Assembly (NCBI GenBank): GCA_964016885.1
Contig: OZ024742.1
Coordinates: forward strand, 163,618,001-163,682,000
DNA length: 64,000 nt
From: Eledone cirrhosa
Taxonomy: Eukaryota
Direction: 5' to 3'
The position numbers and the translations under genes are program-made. Below the pieces are notes generated by a model that did not search any database, was not told where the DNA came from, and saw only the letters and a program-made list of their open reading frames with translations. Every line of letters starts with the position of its first letter. Positions within the stretch are counted from its first letter, which is position 1. Of this stretch, positions 11,101 to 25,190 are shown in pieces.

Positions 11101-14100
11101 AATTATCTCCCCTTGGCTGGCTGGAAATTATCTCCCCTTGGAGGCTGGAATTTATCTCCCCTTGGACGGCTGGAAATTATCTCTCCTTGGACGGCTAGAA
11201 ATTACCTCTCCTTGGACGGCTGGAAAATAATTCTCCTTGGACGGCTGGAAATTATCTCCCCTTGCACGGCTGGAAATTATCTCCCCTTGGACGGCTGGAA
11301 ATTATCTCTCCTTGGACGGCTAGAAATTACCTCTCCTTGGACGGCTGAAAATTATCTCCCCTTGGACGGCTGGAAATTATCTCCCCTTGATTTTTGTTAC
11401 AAATTATCTCCCTCTGATTTTTTTTTTACAAATTATCTCCCCCTGATTTTTTTTTACAAATTATCTCCCCCTGATATTTTTTACAAATTATCTCCCCCTG
11501 ATTTTTTTACAAATTATCTCCCCTTGGCTGGCTGGAAATTATCTCCCCTTGGAGGCTGGAATTTATCTCCCCTTGGACGGTTAGAAATTACCTCTCCTTG
11601 GACGGCAAGAAAATATGTCTCCTTGGACGGCTGGAAATTATCTCCCCTTGGACGGCTGGAAATTATCTCCCCTTGGACGGCTGGAAATTATCTCCCCTTG
11701 GACGGCTAGATATTACCTCCCCTTGGACGGCTGGAAATTATCTCCCCTTGATTTTTTTTACAAATTATCTCCCCCTAATTTTTTTTACAAATTATCTCCC
11801 CCTGATTTTTTTTACGAATTATCTCCCCCTGATTTTTTTTTACAAACTATCTCCGCCTGATTTTTTTTTAAAAATGATCTCCCCTTGGACGGCTGGAAAT
11901 TATCTCCCCTTGGACGGCTGCAAATTATCTCCCCTTGATCTTTTTAACAAATTATCTCCCCCTGATTTTTTTTACAAATTATCTCCCCCTGATTTTTTTT
12001 ACAAATTATCTACGCCTAATTTTTTTTACAAATTATCTCCTGATTTTTTTTACAAATTATCTCCCCCTGATTTTTTTTTACAAATTATCTCCCCCTGATT
12101 TTTTTTTACAAATTATCTCCCCCCTGATTTTTTTTACAATCTCCGCCTGATTTTTTTAAAAATTATCTTCCCTTGGCTGGCGGGAAATTATCTCCCCTTG
12201 GACGGCTGGAAATTATATCCCCTTGGAAGGATGGAAATTATCTCCCCTTGGACGGCTGGAAATTATCTCCCCTTGGACGGCTGGAAATTATCTCCCCTTG
12301 GACAGCTGGAAATTATCTGCCCTTGATTTTGTTTTTACAAATTATCTCCCCCTGATTTTTTTTACAAATTATCTCCACCTGATTTTTTAAAAAATTATCT
12401 CCCCTTGGACGGCAGTAAATTATCTCTCCTTGGCTGGAAATTATCTCCCCTTGGACGGCTAGAAATTATCTCTATTTGGACGGCTGGAAATTATCTCCCT
12501 TTGATTTTTTTTACAAATTATCTCCCCCTGATTTTTTTTAAAAATTATATCTCCTTGGACGACTGGAAATTATCTCCCCTTGATTTTTTTTACAAATTAT
12601 CTCCCCCTGATTTTTTTTTACAAATTATCTCCGCCTGATTTTTTTTTAAAAATTATCTCCCCTTGGACGGCTGGAAATTATCTCCCCTTGGACGGCTGGA
12701 AATTATCTCCCCTTGGACGGCTAGAAATTACCTCTCCTTGGACGGCTGAAAATTATCTCCCCTTGGACGGCTGCAAATTATCTCCCCTTGATTTTTTTAA
12801 CAAATTATCTCCCCCTGATTTTTTTTTACAAATTATCTCCCCCTGATTTTTTTTTACAAATTATCTACGCCTAATTTTTTTTACAAATTATCTCCCCCTG
12901 ATTTTTTTTTACAAATTATCTCCCCGTGATTTTTTTTACAAATTATCTCCCCCTGATTTTTTTTTACAAATTATCTCCGCCTGATTTTTTTTTAAAATTA
13001 TCTCTGCTTGGACGGCTGGATATTATCTCCCCTTTCATTTTTTTTACAAATTATCTCCCCCTGATTTTTTTTTACAAATTATCTACCCCTGATTTTTTTT
13101 TACAAATTATCTCCCCCTGATTTTTTTTACAAATTATCTCCCCCTGATTTTTTTTTTACAAATTATTTCCCCCTGATTTTTTTACAAATTATCTGCCCCT
13201 GATTTTTTTTACAAATTATCTCCGCCTGATTTTTTTAAATATTATCTTACCTTGGCTGGCGGGAAATTATCTCTCCTTGGACGGCTGAAAATTATCTCCC
13301 CTTGGACGGCTGGAAATTATCTCCCCTTGATTTTTTTTACAAATTATCTCCCCCTGATTTTTTTTTACAAATTATCTCCCCCTGATTTTTTTTTACAAAT
13401 TATCTCCCCCTGATTTTTTTTTACAAATTATCTCCCCCTGATTTTTTTTACAAATTATCTCCCCCTGATTTTTTTACAAATTATCTCCCCTTGGATGGCT
13501 GGAAATTATCTCCCCTTGGAGGCTGGAATTTATCTCCCCTTGGACGGCTAGAAATTACCTCTCCTTGGACGGCTGGAAAATATGTCCTTGGACGGCTGGA
13601 TATTATCTACCCTTGGACAGCTGGAAATTATCTCCCCTTGGACGGCTGGAAATTATCTCCCCTTGGACGGCTAGATATTACCTCCCCTTGGACGGCTGGA
13701 AATTATCTCCCCTTGATTTATTTTACAAATTATCTCCCCCTGATTTTTTTTTACAAATTATCTCCCCCTGATTTTTTTTTTACAAATTATCTACCCCTGA
13801 TTTTTTTTTACAAATTATCTCCCCCTGATTTTTTTTACAAATTATCTCCCTGATTTTTTACAAATTATCTCCCCCTGATTTTTTTACAAATTATCTTCCC
13901 TTGGCTGGCGGGAAATTATCTCCCCTTGGACGGCTGGAAATTATCTCCCCTTGCACGGCTGGAAATTATCTCCCCTTGGTCGGCTAGAAATTACCTCTCC
14001 TTGGACGGCTGAAAATTATCTCCCCTTGGACGGCTGGAAATTATCTCCCCTTGGAAGGCTGGAAATTATCTCCCCTTGGACGGCTGGAAATTATCTCCCC

Positions 14101-16869
14101 TTGCACGGCTGGAAATTATCTCCCCTTGGACAGCTGGAAATTATCTGCCCTTGATTTTGTTTTTACAAATTATCTCCCCTGATTTTTTTTACAAATTATC
14201 TCCACCTGATTTTTTAAAAAATTATCTCCCCTTGGACGGCTGGAAATTATCTCCCCTTGGACGGCTAGAAATTATCTCTCTTTGGACGGCTGGAAATTAT
14301 CTCCCTTTGATTTTTTTTACAAATTATCTCCCTCTGATTTTTTTTACAAATTGCCCCCTGATTTTTTAAAAAAAATTATCTCCCCTTCGCTGGCTGGAAA
14401 TTATCTCCCCTTGGACACTGGAAATTATAGCCCCTTGGAGGGCTGGAAATTATCTTCCCTTGGACGGCTGGAAATTATCTCCCCTTGATTTTTTTTACAA
14501 ATTATCTCCCCCTGATTTTTTTTACAAATTATCTCCCCCTGATTTTTTTTTACAAATTATCTCCGCCTGATTTTTTTTTAAAATTATCTCTCCTTGGACG
14601 GCTGGAAATTATCTCCCCTTGATTTTTTTTACAAATCATCTCCCCCTGATTTTTTTTACAAATTATCTCCCCCTGATTTTTTTTTACAAATTATCTACCC
14701 CTGATTTTTTTTTACAAATTATCTCCCCCTGATTTTTTTTACAAATTATCTCCCCCTGATTTTTTTTACAAATTATCTCCCCCTCATTTTTTTACAAATT
14801 ATCTCCCCCTGATTTTTTTTACAAATTATCTCCGCCTAATTTTTTTAAATATTATCTCCCCTTGGACGGCTGAAAATGATCTCCCCTTGGACGGCTGGAA
14901 ATTATCTCCCCTTGATTTTTTTACAAATTATCTCCCCCTGATTATTTTTTACAAATTATCTCCCCCTGATTTTTTTACAAATCATCTCCCCCTGATTTTT
15001 TTTTACAAATTATCTCCCCCTGATATTTTTTACAAATTATCTCCCCCTGATTTTTTTACAAATTATCTCCCCTTGGCTGGCTGGAAATTATCTCCCCTTG
15101 GAGGCTGGAATTTATCTCCCCTTGGACGGCTAGAAATTACCTCGCCTTGGACGGCTGGAAAATGTCTCCTTGGACGGCTGGAAATTATCTCCCCTTGGAC
15201 GGCTGGAAATTATCTCCCCTTGGACGGCTAGATATTACCTCCCCTTGGACGGCTGGAAATTATCTCCCCTTGATTTTTTTTACAAATTATCTCCCCCTGA
15301 TTTTTTTTTACAAATTATCTCCCCCTGATTTTTTTTACGAATTATCTCCCCCTGATTTTTTTTTACAAATTATCTCCGCCTGATTTTTTTTTTAAAATTA
15401 TCTCCCCTTGGACGGCTGGAAATTATCTCCCCTTGGACGGCTGGAAATTATCTCCCCTTGGACGGCTAGAAATTACCTCTCCTTGGACGGCTGAAAATTA
15501 TCTCCCCATGGACGGCTGCAAATTATCTCCCCTTGATTTTTTTAACAAATTATCTCCCCCTGATTTTTTTTTACAAATTATCTCCCCCTGATTTTTTTTT
15601 ACAAATTATCTCCCCCTGATTTTTTTTTACAAATTATCTCCCCCTGATTTTTTTTTACAAATTATCTCCCCCTGATTTTTTTTACAATCTCCGCCTGATT
15701 TTTTTAAAAATTATCTTTCCTTGGCTGGCGGGAAATTATCTCCCCTTGGACGGCTGGAAATTATATCGCCTTGGAAGGATGGAAATTATCTCCCCTTGGA
15801 CGGCTGGAAATTATCTCCCCTTGGACGGCTGGAAATTATCTGCCCTTGATTTTGTTTTTACAAATTATCTCCCCCTGATTTTTTTTACAAATTATCTCCA
15901 CCTGATTTTTTTAAAAATCATCTCCCCTTGGACGGCTGGAAATTATCTCCCCTTGATTTTTTTTACAAATTATCTCCCCCTGATTTTTTTTTACAAATTA
16001 TCTCCCCCTGATTTTTTTTTACAAATTATCTTCGCCTGATTTTTTAAAAAAATTATCTCTCCTTGGACGGCTGGATATTATCTCCCCTTTCATTTTTTTT
16101 ACAAATTATCTCCCCCTGATATTTTTTTACAAATTATCTCCCCCTGATTTTTTTTTACAAATTATCTACCCCTGATTTTTTTTTACAAATTATCTCCCCC
16201 TGATTTTTTTTACAAATTATCTCCCCCTGATTTTTTTACAAATTATCTCCCCCTGATTTTTTTTACAAATTATCTCCGCCTGATTTTTTTAAATATTATC
16301 TTCCCTTGGCTGGCGGGAAATTATCTCCCCTTGGACGGCTGAAAATTATCTCCCCTTGGACGGCTGGAAATTATCTCCCCTTGATTTTTTTTACAAATTA
16401 TCTCCCCCTGATTTTTTTTTACAAATTATCTCCCCCTGATTTTTTTTTACAAATTATCTCCCCCTGATTTTTTTTACAAATTATCTCCCCATGATTTTTT
16501 TACAAATTATCTCCCCTTGGCTGGCTGGAAATTATCTCCCCTTGGAGGCTGGAATTTATCTCCCCTTAGACGGCTAGAAATTACCTCTCCTTGGACGGCT
16601 GGAAAATATGTCTCCTTGGACGGCTGGATATTATCTACCCTTGGACGGCTGGAAATTATCTCCCCTTGGACGGCTGGAAATTATCTCCCCTTGGACGGCT
16701 AGATATTACCTCCCCTTGGACGGCTGGAAATTATCTCCCCTTGATTTTTTTTACAAATTATCTCCCCCTGATTTTTTTTACAAATTATCTCCCCCTGATT
16801 TTTTTACAAATTATCTCTCCCTGATTTTTTTTACAAATTATCTCCGCCTAATTTTTTTAAATATTATCT

Positions 16870-19800
16870 TCCCTTGGCTGGCGGGAATTTATCTCCCCTT
16901 GGACGGCTGAAAATTATCTCCCCTTGGACGGCTGGAAATTATCTCCCCTTGATTTTTTTTACAAATTATCTCCCCCTGATTATTTTTTACAAATTATCTC
17001 TCCCTGATTTTTTTTTACAAATTATCTCCCCCTGATTTTTTTTACAAATTATCTCCCCCTGATCTTTTTACAAATTATCTCCCCTTGGCTGGCTGGAAAT
17101 TATCTCCCCTTGGAGGCTGGAATTTATCTCCCCTTGGACGGCTAGAAATTACCTCTCCTTGGACGGCTGGAAAATATGTCTCCTTGGACGGCTGGAAATT
17201 ATCTCCCCTTGGACGGCTGGAAATTATCTCCCCTTGGACGGCTGGAAATTATCTCCCCTTGATTTTTGTTACAAATTATCTCACCCTGATTTTTTTTTAC
17301 AAATTATCTCCCCCTGATTTTTTTTTACAAATTATCTCCCCCTGATATTTTTTACAAATTATCTCCCCCTGATTTTTTTACAAATTATCTCCCCTTGGCT
17401 GGCTGGAAATTATCTCCCCTTGGAGGCTGGAATTTATCTCCCCTTGGACGGCTAGAAATTACCTCTCCTTGGACGGCTAGAAAATATGTCTCCTTGGACG
17501 GCTGGAAATTATCTCCCCTTGGACGGCTGGAAATTATCTCCTCTTGGACGGCTGGAAATTATCTCCCCTTGGGCGGCTAGATATTACCTCCCCTTGGACG
17601 GCTGGAAATTATCTCCCCTTGATTTTTTTTACAAATTATCTCCCCCTGATTTTTTTTACAAATTATCTCCCCCTGATTTTTTTTTACGAATTATCTCCGC
17701 CTGATTTTTTTTTAAAATGATCTCCCCTTGGACGGCTGGAAATTATCTCCCCTTGGACGGCTGGAAATTATCTCCCCTTGGACGGCTAGAAATTACCTCT
17801 CCTTGGACGGCTGAAAATTATCTCCCCTTGGACGGCTGCAAATTATCTCCCCTTGATTTTTTTAACAAATTATCTCCCCCTGATTTTTTTTACAAATTAT
17901 CTCCCCCTGATTTTTTTTACAAATTATCTACGCCTAATTTTTTTTACAAATTATCTCCCCCTGATTTTTTTTTACAAATTATCTCCCCCTGATTTTTTTT
18001 TACAAATTATCTCCCCCTGATTTTTTTTTACAAATTATCTCCCCCCTGATTTTTTTTACAATCTCCGCCTGATTTTTTAAAAAATTATCTTCCCTTGGCT
18101 GGCGGGAAATTATCTCCCCTTGGACGGCTGGAAATTATATCCCCTTGGAAGGATGGAAATTATCTCCCCTTGGACGGCTGGAAATTATCTCCCCTTGGAC
18201 GGCTGGAAATTATCTCCCCTTGGACAGCTGGAAATTATCTGCCCTTGATTTTGTTTTTACAAATTATCTCCCCCTGATTTTTTTTTACAAATTATCTCCC
18301 CCTGATTTTTTTTTTACAAATTATCTCCCCCTGATTTTTTTACAAATTATCTCCCCCTGATTTTTTTTACAAATTATCTCCGCCTGATTTTTTTAAATAT
18401 TATCTTCCCTTGGCTGGCGGGAAATTATCTCCCCTTGGACGGCTGAAAATTATCTCCCCTTGGACGGCTGGAAATTATCTCCCCCTGATTTTTTTTTACA
18501 AATTATCTCCCCCTGATTTTTTTTTACAAATTATCTCCCCCTGATTTTTTTTACAAATTATCTCCCCCTGATTTTTTTACAAATTATCTCCCCTTGGCTG
18601 GCTGGAAATTATCTCCCCTTGGAGGCTGGAATTTATCTCCCCTTGGACGGCTAGAAATTACCTCTCCTTGGACGGCTGGAAAATATGTCTCCTTGGACGG
18701 CTGGATAATATCTACCCTTGGACGGCTGGAAATTATCTCCCCTTGGACGGCTGGAAATTATCTCCCCTTGGACGGCTAGATATTACCTCCCCTTGGACGG
18801 CTGGAAATTATCTCCCCTTGATTTTTTTTACAAATTATCTCCCCCTGATTTTTTTTACAAATTATCTCCACCTGATTTTTTTACAAATTATCTCCCCCTG
18901 ATTTTTTTTACAAATTATCTCCGCCTAATTTTTTAAATATTATCTTCCCTTGGCTGGCGGGAAATTATCTCCCCTTGGACGGCTGAAAATTATCTCCCCT
19001 TGGACGGCTGGAAATTATCTCCCCTTGATTTTTTTACAAATTATCTCCCCCTGATTTTTTTTTACAAATTATCTCCCCCTGATTTTTTTTACAAATTATC
19101 TCCCCCTGATTTTTTATTACAAATTATCTCCCACTGATTTTTTTACAAATTATCTCCCCTTGGCTGGCTGGAAATTATCTCCCCTTGGAGGCTGGAATTT
19201 ATCTCCCCTTGGACGGCTAGAAATTACCTCTCCTTGGACGGCTGGAAAATATGTCTCCTTGGACGGCTGGAAATTATCTCTTCTTGGACGGCTGGAAATT
19301 ATCTCCCCTTGGACGGCTAGATATTACCTCCCCTTGGACGGCTGGAAATTATCTCCCCTTGATTTTTTTTACAAATTATCTCCCCCTGATTTTTTTTTAC
19401 ATATCTCCTAATGATTTTTAAAAAAAAATTATCTCCCCTTCGCTGGCTGGAAATTATCTCCCCTTGGACGCTGGAAATTATAGCCCCTTGGAGGGCTGGA
19501 AATTATCTTCCCTTGGACGGCTGGAAATTATCTCCCCTTGATTTTTTTTACAAATTGTCTACCCCTGATTTTTTTTTACAAATTATCTCCCCCTGATTTT
19601 TTTTACAAATTATCTCCCCCTGATTTTTTTACAAATTATCTCCCCCTGATTTTTTTACAAATTATCTCCCCCTGATTTTTTTTACAAATTATCTCCGCCT
19701 AATTTTTTTAAATATTATCTTTCCTTGGCTGGCGGGAAATTATCTCCCCTTGGACGGCTGAAAATTATCTCCCCTTGGACGGCTGGAAATTATCTCCCCT

Positions 19801-22800
19801 TGATTTTTTTTACAAATAATCTCCCCCTGATTATTTTTTACAAATTATCTCCCCCTGATTTTTTTTTACAAATTATCTCCCCCTGATTTTTTTTTACAAA
19901 TTATCTCCCCCTGATATTTTTTACAAATTATCTCCCCCTGATTTTTTTACAAATTATCTCCCCTTGGCTGGCTGGAAATTATCTCCCCTTGGAGGCTGGA
20001 ATTTATCTCCCCTTGGACGGCTAGAAATTACCTCTCCTTGGACGGCTAGAAAATATGTCTCCTTGGACGGCTGGAAATTATCTCCCCTTGGACGGCTGGA
20101 AATTATCTCCTCTTGGACGGCTGGAAATTATCTCCCCTTGGGCGGCTAGATATTACCTCCCCTTGGACGGCTGGAAATTATCTCCCCTTGATTTTTTTTA
20201 CAAATTATCTCCCCCTGATTTTTTTTTCAAATTATCTCCCCCTGATTTTTTTTTACGAATTATCTCCGCCTGATTTTTTTTTAAAATGATCTCCCCTTGG
20301 ACGGCTGGAAATTATCTCCCCTTGGACGGCTGGAAATTATCTCCCCTTGGACGGCTAGAAATTACCTCTCCTTGGACGGCTGAAAATTATCTCCCCTTGG
20401 ACGGCTGCAAATTATCTCCCCTTGATTTTTTTAACAAATTATCTCCCCCTGATTTTTTTTACAAATTATCTCCCCCTGATTTTTTTTACAAATTATCTAC
20501 GCCTAATTTTTTTTACAAATTATCTCCCCCTGATTTTTTTTTACAAATTATCTCCCCCTGATTTTTTTTTACAAATTATCTCCCCCTGATTTTTTTTTAC
20601 AAATTATCTCCCCCCTGATTTTTTTTACAATCTCCGCCTGATTTTTTTTTAAATTATCTTCCCTTGGCTGGCGGGAAATTATCTCCCCTTGGACGGCTGG
20701 AAATTATATCCCCTTGGAAGGATGGAAATTATCTCCCCTTGGACGGCTGGAAATTATCTCCCTTTGGACGGCTGGAAATTATCTCCCCTTGGACAGCTGG
20801 AAATTATCTGCCCTTGATTTTGTTTTTACAAATTATCTCCCCCTGATTTTTTTTTACAAATTATCTCCCCCTGATTTTTTTTTTACAAATTATCTCCCCC
20901 TGATTTTTTTACAAATTATCTCCCCCTGATTTTTTTTACAAATTATCTCCGCCTGATTTTTTTAAATATTATCTTCCCTTGGCTGGCGGGAAATTATCTC
21001 CCCTTGGACGGCTGAAAATTATCTCCCCTTGGACGGCTGGAAATTATCTCCCCTTGATTTTTTTTACAAATTATCTCCCCCTGATTATTTTTTACAAATT
21101 ATCTCTCCCTGATTTTTTTTTACAAATTATCTCCCCCTGATTTTTTTTACAAATTATCTCCCCCTGATCTTTTTACAAATTATCTCCCCTTGGCTGGCTG
21201 GAAATTATCTCCCCTTGGAGGCTGGAATTTATCTCCCCTTGGACGGCTAGAAATTACCTCTCCTTGGACGGCTGGAAAATATGTCTCCTTGGACGGCTGG
21301 AAATTATCTCCCCTTGGACGGCTGGAAATTATCTCCCCTTGGACGGCTGGAAATTATCTCCCCTTGATTTTTGTTACAAATTATCTCACCCTGATTTTTT
21401 TTTACAAATTATCTCCCCCTGATTTTTTTTTACAAATTATCTCCCCCTGATATTTTTTACAAATTATCTCCCCCTGATTTTTTTACAAATTATCTCCCCT
21501 TGGCTGGCTGGAAATTATCTCCCCTTGGAGGCTGGAATTTATCTCCCCTTGGACGGCTAGAAATTACCTCTCCTTGGACGGCTAGAAAATATGTCTCCTT
21601 GGACGGCTGGAAATTATCTCCCCTTGGACGGCTGGAAATTATCTCCTCTTGGACGGCTGGAAATTATCTCCCCTTGGGCGGCTAGATATTACCTCCCCTT
21701 GGACGGCTGGAAATTATCTCCCCTTGATTTTTTTTACAAATTATCTCCCCCTGATTTTTTTTACAAATTATCTCCCCCTGATTTTTTTTTACGAATTATC
21801 TCCGCCTGATTTTTTTTTAAAATGATCTCCCCTTGGACGGCTGGAAATTATCTCCCCTTGGACGGCTAGAAATTACCTCTCCTTGGACGGCTGAAAATTA
21901 TCTCCCCTTGGACGGCTGCAAATTATCTCCCCTTGATTTTTTTAACAAATTATCTCCCCCTGATTTTTTTTACAAATTATCTCCCCCTGATTTTTTTTAC
22001 AAATTATCTACGCCTAATTTTTTTTACAAATTATCTCCCCCTGATTTTTTTTTACAAATTATCTCCCCCTGATTTTTTTTTACAAATTATCTCCCCCTGA
22101 TTTTTTTTTACAAATTATCTCCCCCCTGATTTTTTTTACAATCTCCGCCTGATTTTTTAAAAAATTATCTTCCCTTGGCTGGCGGGAAATTATCTCCCCT
22201 TGGACGGCTGGAAATTATATCCCCTTGGAAGGATGGAAATTATCTCCCCTTGGACGGCTGGAAATTATCTCCCCTTGGACGGCTGGAAATTATCTCCCCT
22301 TGGACAGCTGGAAATTATCTGCCCTTGATTTTGTTTTTACAAATTATCTCCCCCTGATTTTTTTTTACAAATTATCTCCCCCTGATTTTTTTTTTACAAA
22401 TTATCTCCCCCTGATTTTTTTACAAATTATCTCCCCCTGATTTTTTTTACAAATTATCTCCGCCTGATTTTTTTAAATATTATCTTCCCTTGGCTGGCGG
22501 GAAATTATCTCCCCTTGGACGGCTGAAAATTATCTCCCCTTGGACGGCTGGAAATTATCTCCCCCTGATTTTTTTTTACAAATTATCTCCCCCTGATTTT
22601 TTTTTACAAATTATCTCCCCCTGATTTTTTTTACAAATTATCTCCCCCTGATTTTTTTACAAATTATCTCCCCTTGGCTGGCTGGAAATTATCTCCCCTT
22701 GGAGGCTGGAATTTATCTCCCCTTGGACGGCTAGAAATTACCTCTCCTTGGACGGCTGGAAAATATGTCTCCTTGGACGGCTGGATAATATCTACCCTTG

Positions 22801-25190
22801 GACGGCTGGAAATTATCTCCCCTTGGACGGCTGGAAATTATCTCCCCTTGGACGGCTAGATATTACCTCCCCTTGGACGGCTGGAAATTATCTCCCCTTG
22901 ATTTTTTTTACAAATTATCTCCCCCTGATTTTTTTTACAAATTATCTCCACCTGATTTTTTTACAAATTATCTCCCCCTGATTTTTTTTACAAATTATCT
23001 CCGCCTAATTTTTTAAATATTATCTTCCCTTGGCTGGCGGGAAATTATCTCCCCTTGGACGGCTGAAAATTATCTCCCCTTGGACGGCTGGAAATTATCT
23101 CCCCTTGATTTTTTTACAAATTATCTCCCCCTGATTTTTTTTTACAAATTATCTCCCCCTGATTTTTTTTACAAATTATCTCCCCCTGATTTTTTATTAC
23201 AAATTATCTCCCACTGATTTTTTTACAAATTATCTCCCCTTGGCTGGCTGGAAATTATCTCCCCTTGGAGGCTGGAATTTATCTCCCCTTGGACGGCTAG
23301 AAATTACCTCTCCTTGGACGGCTGGAAAATATGTCTCCTTGGACGGCTGGAAATTATCTCTTCTTGGACGGCTGGAAATTATCTCCCCTTGGACGGCTAG
23401 ATATTACCTCCCCTTGGACGGCTGGAAATTATCTCCCCTTGATTTTTTTTACAAATTATCTCCCCCTGATTTTTTTTACATATCTCCTAATGATTTTTAA
23501 AAAAAAATTATCTCCCCTTCGCTGGCTGGAAATTATCTCCCCTTGGACGCTGGAAATTATAGCCCCTTGGAGGGCTGGAAATTATCTTCCCTTGGACGGC
23601 TGGAAATTATCTCCCCTTGATTTTTTTTACAAATAATCTCCCCCTGATTATTTTTTACAAATTATCTCCCCCTGATTTTTTTTTACAAATTATCTCCCCC
23701 TGATTTTTTTTTACAAATTATCTCCCCCTGATTTTTTTTACAAATTATCTCCCCCTGATTTTTTTACAAATTATCTCCCCCTGATTTTTTTACAAATTAT
23801 CTCCCCCTGATTTTTTTTACAAATTATCTCCGCCTAATTTTTTTAAATATTATCTTTCCTTGGCTGGCGGGAAATTATCTCCCCTTGGACGGCTGAAAAT
23901 TATCTCCCCTTGGACGGCTGGAAATTATCTCCCCTTGATTTTTTTTACAAATAATCTCCCCCTGATTATTTTTTACAAATTATCTCCCCCTGATTTTTTT
24001 TTACAAATTATCTCCCCCTGATTTTTTTTTACAAATTATCTCCCCCTGATATTTTTTACAAATTATCTCCCCCTGATTTTTTTACAAATTATCTCCCCTT
24101 GGCTGGCTGGAAATTATCTCCCCTTGGAGGCTGGAATTTATCTCCCCTTGGACGGCTAGAAATTACCTCTCCTTGGACGGCTAGAAAATATGTCTCCTTG
24201 GACGGCTGGAAATTATCTCCCCTTGGACGGCTGGAAATTATCTCCTCTTGGACGGCTGGAAATTATCTCCCCTTGGGCGGCTAGATATTACCTCCCCTTG
24301 GACGGCTGGAAATTATCTCCCCTTGATTTTTTTTACAAATTATCTCCCCCTGATTTTTTTTACAAATTATCTCCCCCTGATTTTTTTTTACGAATTATCT
24401 CCGCCTGATTTTTTTTTAAAATGATCTCCCCTTGGACGGCTGGAAATTATCTCCCCTTGGACGGCTGGAAATTATCTCCCCTTGGACGGCTAGAAATTAC
24501 CTCTCCTTGGACGGCTGAAAATTATCTCCCCTTGGACGGCTGCAAATTATCTCCCCTTGATTTTTTTAACAAATTATCTCCCCCTGATTTTTTTTACAAA
24601 TTATCTCCCCCTGATTTTTTTTACAAATTATCTACGCCTAATTTTTTTTACAAATTATCTCCCCCTGATTTTTTTTTACAAATTATCTCCCCCTGATTTT
24701 TTTTTACAAATTATCTCCCCCTGATTTTTTTTTACAAATTATCTCCCCCCTGATTTTTTTTACAATCTCCGCCTGATTTTTTTTTAAATTATCTTCCCTT
24801 GGCTGGCGGGAAATTATCTCCCCTTGGACGGCTGGAAATTATATCCCCTTGGAAGGATGGAAATTATCTCCCCTTGGACGGCTGGAAATTATCTCCCTTT
24901 GGACGGCTGGAAATTATCTCCCCTTGGACAGCTGGAAATTATCTGCCCTTGATTTTGTTTTTACAAATTATCTCCCCCTGATTTTTTTTTACAAATTATC
25001 TCCCCCTGATTTTTTTTTTACAAATTATCTCCCCCTGATTTTTTTACAAATTATCTCCCCCTGATTTTTTTTACAAATTATCTCCGCCTGATTTTTTTAA
25101 ATATTATCTTCCCTTGGCTGGCGGGAAATTATCTCCCCTTGGACGGCTGAAAATTATCTCCCCTTGGACGGCTGGAAATTATCTCCCCCT
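16870..25190 (+). repeat. Tandem higher-order duplication, ~4.1 kb x2, containing four copies of a ~1.1-kb sub-block
   Basis: ORF offsets: 17085/21190 (4105), 18594/22674 (4080), 19964/24099 (4135); internal offset 17395/19964 (2569). Markers gatcttttta (17061/~21167) and ggataatatc (18703/22783). Confidence 0.92.
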
